Shown: positions 57,594 to 64,000 of the stretch, one piece after another | Layout: each line of letters opens with the position of its first letter | How positions within the stretch are numbered: position 1 is the stretch's first letter | Assembly (NCBI GenBank): GCA_963827545.1 | Contig: CAWHBI010000048.1 | Coordinates: forward strand, 43,665-107,664 | From: an uncultured Alphaproteobacteria bacterium | GTDB lineage: Bacteria > Pseudomonadota > Alphaproteobacteria > Rhizobiales > Hyphomicrobiaceae | Direction of reading: 5' to 3' | Length of the DNA: 64,000 nt | The notes under the pieces: model-generated | What the model saw: only the letters and a program-made list of their open reading frames with translations | Told to the model about the DNA's origin: nothing | Databases searched by the model: none | Translations under genes and position numbers: made by a program

Positions 57594-58034
57594 AGCTCCT
57601 CTCGAGCAGATTCTCGAAACCCAGACGAGGGCCCTCTAAGATAACGACAATTCCTTCCAGAAGGCTAACTTTGCCTATGCAATTTTCTCGCAGTGCCTGA
57701 TATGCGGCAGCGTCAGGTTGCGCTGCAAAAGCCAGGGGCCTGCGACACGGCCCGGCATCAGCGCCAGGCCCGTGTTCCCTAGACATTGGTGGCGACCCCA
57801 GTTCCGACATCATTCGATTTGTTCCGCGGCAGCAGAAACGGCCACGAGCCGACCGCGTGGCATGCCAGCAGCCTTAGTTCGGCTGCAAATATTGCTTATA
57901 CTTTTACTGCCAACTGTTTTCAAGTTCACAGTATATAAACTTGTCATTTACCAGTAATTCGCATTCACCCCCTAAAACTTGCGGCCAGATCGACACCAGA
58001 TCTCAACTATGATTGCCAACGAGCGAGACTTGCC

Positions 58035-59022
58035 ATGAACCCCTTCTCAGGTGGCTTTGAAATATTCGTCGTATCCGTGATCGTGCTGGCGGTGGTGGCC
58101 CTGTGGACCACGGTCAAGATGGTGCCGCAAGGCTACAACTACACGGTCGAGAACTTCGGCCGCTATACGCGCACCCTCAGCCCCGGCCTGCACATCCTGG
58201 TCCCGGTCATGGAGCGCATCGGCGCCAAGATGAACATGAAGGAGCAGGTGATCGACATTCCCTCCCAGGACATCATCACCAAGGACAACGCCATGGTCAC
58301 CGTCGATGGCGTCAACTTCTACCAGGTGCTGAATGCTGCCAAGGCCGCCTACGAGGTCGAACAGCTGCGCGGCGCCATCGTCAACCTCACGATGACCAAC
58401 ATCCGTACCGTGATGGGCTCGATGGACCTCGACGAGCTGCTCGCCAACCGCGACCAGATCAATGCCCGCCTGCTTCAGGTCGTCGATGCCGCCACCGAGC
58501 CGTGGGGCGTCAAGGTGACCCGCATCGAGATCAAGGACATCGCGCCGCCGCGCGACCTGGTCGACAGCATGGCGCGGCAGATGAAGGCCGAGCGCGAGAA
58601 GCGCGCGCAGATCCTCGAGGCCGAGGGCCTGCGGCAGGGCGCGATCCTCAAGGCCGAAGGCGAGAAGCAGGCCGTCGTGCTCGCGGCCGAAGGGCGCAAG
58701 GAAGCCGCGTTCCGTGACGCCGAGGCGCGCGAGCGCTTCGCCGCAGGCCGAGGCCAAGGCGACCGAACTGGTCAGCGAGGCGATCGCCAAGGGCAACGTG
58801 CAGGCGATCAACTACTTCGTCGCCAACAACTACGTGAAGGCGCTGGAGGCGATCGCCAAGTCGCCGAACCAGAAGGTGCTGATGATGCCGCTCGAGGCGT
58901 CCTCCGTGATAGGATCGCTGGCCGGTCTGGCCGAGATCACCAGCGAGGCCTTCGGCAGGAACGGCGCCGCACCCAGCGCACGCTCGGCCGCGCGCACGAC
59001 GACCAGCGTGCCGCAGGCATAG
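58035..59022 (+). pseudogene. SPFH/Band-7 (stomatin/QmcA-like) protein, with a frameshift near 58740-58744
   Basis: N-terminal TM plus an SPFH core ([15 protein letters not shown]...[12 protein letters not shown]...[13 protein letters not shown]...). The conserved tail ([35 protein letters not shown]) is in the frame of ORF 58714..59022. Removing one C in GCTTCGCCGCAGG restores the reading frame. Confidence 0.85.
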
Positions 59023-59077
59023 GCGGAACCCATCGAATCTGTCGGACGGCCTTTCGGGAGTTTGGGGAGAAAGACGC

Positions 59078-59536
59078 ATGCAAAGCCTGTCGGCACTGCT
59101 CTACAGCCTGGGTCCGTGGAACTGGCTCATCCTTGGCGTGGCGTTGTTCGTTCTCGAGACGATGGTCCCCGGCGTGCATTTCCTGTGGTTCGGCATTGCC
59201 GCCGTCATCGTCGGCTTCCTCGGTCTCGCCACCGGCTTTGCCTGGCAGTGGCAGGTGCTGGCGTTCGCCCTCATTTCAGTGCTGACGGTGTTCTGGGTGC
59301 GCAAATATGTGCGGCCCGACGTGGCCATCAGCGACCTGCCCGACCTCAACGTGCGCGGCCAGCAGTACATCGGCCGCTCCCTGGTGGTGGAGCAGGCCAT
59401 CCAGAACGGTCGCGGCAAGGTGCGGGTCGGCGACACGCTGTGGGCCGCCGAAGGCCCGGACGTGCCGGCCGGCGGACGCGTGACCGTCACCGGCGCCAGG
59501 GGCACCGTGCTGGTGGTGGAGCGTGCAGCGGCATGA
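59078..59536 (+). CDS. NfeD-family membrane protein
   Basis: N-terminal TM helices plus a C-terminal OB-like domain ([38 protein letters not shown]). Confidence 0.8.
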   Translation: MQSLSALLYSLGPWNWLILGVALFVLETMVPGVHFLWFGIAAVIVGFLGLATGFAWQWQVLAFALISVLTVFWVRKYVRPDVAISDLPDLNVRGQQYIGRSLVVEQAIQNGRGKVRVGDTLWAAEGPDVPAGGRVTVTGARGTVLVVERAAA

Positions 59537-59939
59537 CCAAGGTCCAAGCGCGTTTGCGTGGCTTATTGCGGTCGTAAGCCTGGGGCTGCCGTGGGCGGGC
59601 ATTGGGCTCGCCCTGTTCGGCATCTGGCACATTGCCCGCAGTGAGCCCGGCGGCTGGTGGTATCTCGCTGCGGGCGGTGCCATGCTCATCGCCGACGTGC
59701 TCATCGATCTGGTCTGGGCGCACCCGGCTGTGCTGGGAACGGATCAGCCCGACCTGAACCGCCGACCGGAGCAGCTCGTGGGGCGCGTGCTGGTGGTGGA
59801 GGAAGCCATTGAGGGCGGCCGGGGCAAGGTGCGCGTCGGCGATACGCTTTGGACAGTCGAGGGACCGGACCTGCCGGCTGGAGCACAGGTACGAGTGAGG
59901 GCTGCGCGGGGGACGGTGCTGCTGGTCGAGAGAGCCTGA
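59523..59939 (+). CDS. NfeD-family membrane protein, second paralog
   Basis: Same architecture as the first NfeD gene ([38 protein letters not shown]). GTG start overlapping the upstream gene. Confidence 0.7.
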   Translation: MQRHDQGPSAFAWLIAVVSLGLPWAGIGLALFGIWHIARSEPGGWWYLAAGGAMLIADVLIDLVWAHPAVLGTDQPDLNRRPEQLVGRVLVVEEAIEGGRGKVRVGDTLWTVEGPDLPAGAQVRVRAARGTVLLVERA

Positions 59940-60017
59940 TATGAGAGGGGCCTCGGTGCTGCGCTGGAGCCTACCTCGTGGTAGACTGACTATTGCAATT
60001 GGGACTGGAGCCAGAGG

Positions 60018-60242
60018 ATGCCTCATCCCCGTATCAGGCGTGATCCGACGATCATGATGGGTAAGCCCGTCATCGCTGGCACGCGCATCACCGTCGAGCA
60101 CATTCTGCGCATGCTCGGGGCAGGCGACAGCGTCGAGCAGGTTTTGCGCAATCATCCGCAGCTGGCCGCAGAGGACATCCTGGCTGCGCAGGCCTACGCC
60201 GCGGACTACCTCGCGCACGAGAGCATAGCAGCTGCCGAGTAG
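60018..60242 (+). CDS. DUF433-domain protein (antitoxin-like)
   Basis: DPTIMMGKPVIAGTRITVEHILRMLGAGDSVEQVLRNHPQLAAEDILAAQAYA matches the DUF433 pattern. Confidence 0.8.
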   Translation: MPHPRIRRDPTIMMGKPVIAGTRITVEHILRMLGAGDSVEQVLRNHPQLAAEDILAAQAYAADYLAHESIAAAE

Positions 60243-60248
60243 CGCGCA

Positions 60249-60284
60249 GTGGTGCTGTTTTTCGCCGATGAGTGTATCGAGTAA
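60249..60284 (+). pseudogene. 11-codon remnant resembling the N-terminus of a DUF5615/Mut7-C-type partner of DUF433
   Basis: GTG GTG CTG TTT TTC GCC GAT GAG TGT ATC GAG TAA encodes VVLFFADECIE*. This resembles the usual M-x-F/L-L-A-D-E-N/C start of DUF5615 proteins. It ends 3 nt before the GNAT start. Confidence 0.35.
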
Positions 60285-60287
60285 GCG

Positions 60288-60584
60288 ATGACCCAACCCA
60301 AGATCACACGCGAGGACGGTCCGACAAAGGGGCGGTATGTTGCCACGGTCGACGGCATCGATGCGGAAGCCGAGCTGACCTATAGCCGCACCAGTCCCAC
60401 GCTCATCATCGCGGATCATACCGCCGTTCCGGACGTTTTTCGCGGACAGGGCATCGGGCGCCTGCTCGCCACCCGCATGGTCGAGGACGCGCGCAGGGAG
60501 GGCGTGAAGATCTACGTGCTGTGTCCGTTCGTGAACGCGGAACGCAAGAAGCACCCCGAGTGGGCCGACGTCTTTCAGAATTGA
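60288..60584 (+). CDS. Small GNAT-like N-acetyltransferase (YjdJ type)
   Basis: 98 aa, with HTAVPDVFRGQGIGRLLATRMVEDARREGVKIYVLCPFV. Confidence 0.8.
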   Translation: MTQPKITREDGPTKGRYVATVDGIDAEAELTYSRTSPTLIIADHTAVPDVFRGQGIGRLLATRMVEDARREGVKIYVLCPFVNAERKKHPEWADVFQN

Positions 60585-60666
60585 TGGTTCGGCGCGACCC
60601 CCCATCCGTGTCCAATGAGCCTGCCTTACGCCGACGTACGAGGTGATACTGAGAAGCCTATCTTTC

Positions 60667-60830
60667 CACCCGTCATCCCGGCCCAGCGATCGCGCTAGAA
60701 GCGCGAATCGCGCAGAGCTGGGATCTGCGCAAGCGGTGTCCGTGCGGCAGATCCCGGATAGTCTCGCCCCGGCTCGGAGGCCGGGGCTCGGCTTCCAGGG
60801 TGACGGGTAGATTCATTGGCTCGACGGTAT
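60667..60830. repeat. MITE-like repeat, family C, copy 2
   Basis: CCACCCGTCATCCCGG ... CCAGGGTGACGGGTAGATTCATTGGCTCGACGGTAT. The core is inverted relative to copy 1. Confidence 0.8.
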
Positions 60831-60847
60831 GACAAGACTGACTGGTC

Positions 60848-61117
60848 TTGAAAAAGCAGCGAAAAAGTCGTGCCTGGCAATTGCAGGAGGCCAAGGCACA
60901 GCTGTCCAAACTCGTAAAGATGGCAGCCACGGACGGCCCGCAGGAGATCACCGTGCGGGGCGAGTTGGCCGCCGTGGTGCTCTCGCGGGCCGATTACGAC
61001 AAACTGCGCGGCAAGCGGAACACCCAAAATCTGTCCGACTTCTTGTTGAACTCCCCATTGGCCGGCCTCGATATCGATTTTGAGCGCGACCAGTCGCTCA
61101 CCCGTGAGGTGGTCTGA
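60848..61117 (+). CDS. Phd/YefM-family type II antitoxin (VapB-like), no cognate toxin present
   Basis: AWQLQEAKAQLSKLVKMAATDGPQEITVRGELAAVVLSRADYDKL...FLLNSPLAGLDIDFERD is typical. TTG is the only in-frame start. An ATG at 60829 is out of frame by one nucleotide across an A5 run. Confidence 0.7.
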   Translation: MKKQRKSRAWQLQEAKAQLSKLVKMAATDGPQEITVRGELAAVVLSRADYDKLRGKRNTQNLSDFLLNSPLAGLDIDFERDQSLTREVV

Positions 61118-61129
61118 AGCTCTGATCGA

Positions 61130-62153
61130 TCAAGCCACGCCAGCGCGCAGCAGATCGTGCACGTGCACGATGCCGACGGGCTTGCCCTTCTCGACGACGA
61201 ACATCTGCGTGCGCTTGAGAGGAATTGATCTGCTCCAGCGCGGCCGATGCCAGCATGTCGGGCCGCAGCGTATTGGGCTTGCGCGTCATGATATCCTGCA
61301 CGCGCGCCTGCAAAAGCTCTGCTCCCATATGGCGCCGCAGGTCGCCGTCGGTGATCATGCCGACCAGCCGCCCCTTGCCGTCTGTCACACCGAGGCAGCC
61401 CAGGCTCTTCTGCGTCATTGTCACGATCGCCTCGGACATGATCTTGTCCTCGGTAACGAGTGGCAGCCTGTCGCCCTTATGCATGATGTCGGCGACGTGC
61501 TTGAGGCTCGCACCTAGCGATCCGCCTGGATGGAACACTTTGTAGTCGTGCGCGGTGAAGCCCTTGTGCTCGAGCAGCGCGATGGCGAGGCAGTCGCCCA
61601 GCGCTAGCTGCATGGTGGTGGAGGTGGTCGGCGCCAGACCGTGCGGACATGCTTCCTTGGCGCGCGGCAGCTCCAGCACCACGTCCGACTGCTTGCCGAG
61701 CGTCGAGTCGGCCCGCGAGGTGATGGCGATCAGCGGTACCTTGAAGCGGCGCGAGTAGGTGAGGATATTGCTGAGCTCCACGGTCTCGCCCGACCATGAC
61801 AGCGCCACGATCACATCCTCGCGCGTGATCATGCCGAGATCGCCGTGGCTGGCCTCGCTCGGATGTACGAAAAAGGCTGGCGTGCCGGTGGAAGCGAACG
61901 TCGCGGCCAGCTTCTGTGCCACGAGCCCGCTCTTGCCGATGCCGGTGACGATGACACGGCCCTTGGCGGCAGCCAGGGTCGCCACGCCCGCGCAGAGGGA
62001 GGCGCCCAGCTGCTGCTCGAGCGCCGCCCGGAGCGCCTGCAGACCCTCGCGTTCGAGGTCAAGGGTACGCACCGCGGAACTGAGCGCAGCAGAGGGAGGC
62101 GCGGCGCTGGGCTGCACCACACGCAGTTTCCGCTTGGCGACCGTCGCTGGCAT
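61130..62153 (-). pseudogene. kpsF: KpsF/GutQ-family arabinose-5-phosphate isomerase, with a frameshift near 61215-61222
   Basis: SIS domain (VIVTGIGKSGLVAQKLAATFASTGTPAFFVHPSEASHGDLG) plus tandem CBS domains. The conserved C-terminus KRTQMFVVEKGKPVGIVHVHDLLRAGVA* is in another frame and ends at 61130. The track ORF reads through to 61098. Confidence 0.85.
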
Positions 62154-62640
62154 ACGCGCTGTCCTGGGTCTCGACGCAACCTGGGGCTTCCCGGCTGTGT
62201 CGGGCGAATCGCTCACGCTTTTAGCCTTTGTCAGAGACCCAGGGTACCCCGCGCCAGGGCAATTTCCGCACAAATTGCCGGCAATCTCAACCGCCCACCA
62301 CGTCACGGTGGTCAACTGCCGACCATTCCTGACAGCGAAGGGCTCCCGCGCATACCTCATCCCCGCCGAGCCGGGTGCCTACCAAAAAGTTGCCAAAATG
62401 AACTGGGCTCCTCAAAATAGCTATGACCGACGCATCTTGCGGCCCAAGTGCCGGCGTTGAGACCGCAAGTTCCGGGGCCAGTGCCACCGGCCTTTCGGGT
62501 GTGCTGGCGACAGTCGCGCCAAGCTATCCGCAACGTCAGCGCAGCGAGCGCGATTGAAAGCTTTCCAGGGAGGAACCGGAACGATCCAAGGATGGTTGGT
62601 CTCTGAGTTGAAGTTGCGTTGCATAGACAGGAGCCAAACC

Positions 62641-62985
62641 ATGACTGAGATGTACGCCCAGGGCGACTTGCTGATCGAGCGGGTCGACGACGTGGAGCCC
62701 TCCGGGACCATGATCGCGCCCGATGCAACAGGCGCCATCGTCCTCGCCGAAGGCGAGCTGAGCGGACACCGCCACGCCATCTTCGAACGCGTGACGATGT
62801 TCCGGGACGATGCGCTCGCGCGTGAGATCCCCGGCGGCCTCTACATCGGCCACGTGAGGGTCGAAGGTGGTCCGGCGACTATCTACCACCAGGAGCACGC
62901 GCCGATCGCGCTGGGCGAGGGCACCTACCGGGTGCGCCGACAGCGTGAGCTCGAGCCCAAGGACGCGGTAGTTGTCGCGGATTGA
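62641..62985 (+). CDS. Hypothetical small protein
   Basis: The ATG at 62641 has RBS AGGAG. The sequence is MTEMYAQGDLLIERVDD...VLAEGELSGHRH.... I cannot name a family with confidence. Confidence 0.5.
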   Translation: MTEMYAQGDLLIERVDDVEPSGTMIAPDATGAIVLAEGELSGHRHAIFERVTMFRDDALAREIPGGLYIGHVRVEGGPATIYHQEHAPIALGEGTYRVRRQRELEPKDAVVVAD

Positions 62986-64000
62986 GGTCGCCGCGCTGTC
63001 TCAGGCCCAGCGGGCCGAGCTTGCGGTCTATGGAGCGCGGTGGGAGACGTTGCGGCGCGCCACCGCGCCTCCGGACCATGCCGGCGCGTCGGCGTGCGTT
63101 CACAAGGCCTACGCGGCCGCGGGTCTGCGTCCTCCGCGTGACATTGTTTGGGAACAGAGCCCCGCAGACCTGGCTGCCGGATGGGCCAAACGGCGCGCCG
63201 TGGCCGGCGACAACGTGCGCGCGCTGGTGGTGGACGTGGTGCGGCGCAAAGCCGAGCTGGCTGTCGATCGTGCCATCGCCTTGAACGTGCGCATGGCGCT
63301 GGCGGGCGAGCCTGGCCTTGCCCGGGCGCCGGCATTTTGCACCAGCGTCGATGAAGCCGTGCTGCGCCTCGGCGAACGCGCTCTGCCGATCCTGCGGGCG
63401 CGATTTGCCGATTTCTTCCGCGGCCGCCGGGCGCGGCTCAGCTTCGCCGCGCAGCAGTTTCAGCCTTGTGTCGGCGCCGTGGCTTGGAGCGCTCGAATAC
63501 CTGCACGACGTGTGCGGGTTGAGACGCCATACCGAAGGGGTGGCCGGGCTGTGGGAGATCGCCCGCCACGCCTCCTGGATGGTGCCGCACGAGGAGGTCT
63601 GCTGGCTCCTGGAACCGCCGCAGCTTCTTCGCCATGACGCGAACGCGCGTCTGCACGCCGCGGACGGCCCGGCGCTCCGCTATGGCGAGGCATGCAGGGT
63701 CTATGCCTGGAAAGGCATCCTCGTGCCCGCCTGGCTGATAGAGCAGCCCGAGCGCATCGACGTGCGCAGCATCGAGGCTGCCAGCGATCCGCAGATCCGG
63801 CGCTGCATGATCGACATCATGACGCCGAAGCGCTTCGTGGAGGAGGGCGGTGCCTACTGCGTGGCCGCAAGATGAAGCCGGCATGCTGTGGCGGCAGCGG
63901 TGGCGGTGGGAAGCCTGGGCCGCCGTGGAGGTCGTCAACGGCACGCCGGAGCCGGACGGCAGCCACAAGCGCTACTTCCTGCAGGTGCCGGCGACCGTGC
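62972..64000 (+). pseudogene. DUF6745-like protein, with at least two frameshifts, continuing past the window end
   Basis: The N-terminus (LSQAQRAELAVYGARWE...AYAAAGLRPPRDIVWEQSP) is in one frame. The middle (GLWEIARHASWMVPHEEVCWLLEPPQLLRHDANARLHAADGPALRYGEACRVYAWKGILVPAWLIE) is in a second frame. The tail (DEAGMLWRQ...VEVVNGTPEPDGSHKRYFLQVP) is in a third. The family call is from memory. Confidence 0.5.

Noticed and set aside
61111-61140. Remnant of a vapC toxin start (CTGAAGCTCTGATCGATCAAGCC read as LKL-LIDQ) after the Phd antitoxin.
   Set aside because: Once the kpsF frameshift is taken into account, kpsF ends at 61130. These bases are therefore the kpsF 3' end and a 13-nt spacer. The resemblance is too short to support a call.
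1-64000. CRISPR arrays, tRNA/rRNA genes, integrases, transposases and prophage structural genes.
   Set aside because: I saw no regularly spaced direct repeats, no tRNA-like T-arm/acceptor patterns and no recombinase or transposase signatures in any of the six frames. The only repeats are the three MITE/REP-like families already reported.

Overview
This is a GC-rich chromosomal segment (G+C judged by eye, not computed). The repeats and gene content look alphaproteobacterial, Bradyrhizobium/Rhodopseudomonas-like; that is an inference, not a search result.

Most of the window is ordinary metabolism and transport:
- An oxalate/formate/C1 block at about 17.9-35 kb: fhs, a formyltransferase-like gene, frc, oxc, a FadR-type GntR regulator, a TctA/TctC/TctB transporter and an NAD-linked formate dehydrogenase.
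- A gallate/protocatechuate-type lower-pathway cluster at 42.9-46.6 kb.
- A cluster of two CoA-transferases, an acyl-CoA dehydrogenase and a MaoC hydratase at 49.8-53.8 kb.
- Several MFS transporters and hydrolases, an SPFH/NfeD module, toxin-antitoxin remnants and kpsF.

The stand-out is a compact three-gene module at 1484-6510. It encodes a large helical-repeat protein, a winged-helix + SWIM zinc-finger protein and a retron-type reverse transcriptase with an N-terminal transmembrane extension. A 13-15 bp long-range inverted repeat (4966-5132) lies in the gap before the RT and looks like the a1/a2 arms of an msr-msd RNA. From memory this matches a computationally defined retron class (type XIII: RT + ARM-like + WH-SWIM). 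I believe that class has not been characterised experimentally, but I cannot verify this here.

Second theme: at least ten otherwise intact conserved genes carry single apparent frameshifts, some at short homopolymer runs. This points to indel sequencing errors or to genuine pseudogenisation.

Other observations:
- Three MITE/REP-like repeat families, each with two copies.
- Candidate GntR operators.
- A perfect 30-bp palindrome.
- A roughly 0.95-kb stretch with no convincing ORF.

I recognised no tRNA, rRNA, CRISPR array, integrase or transposase.
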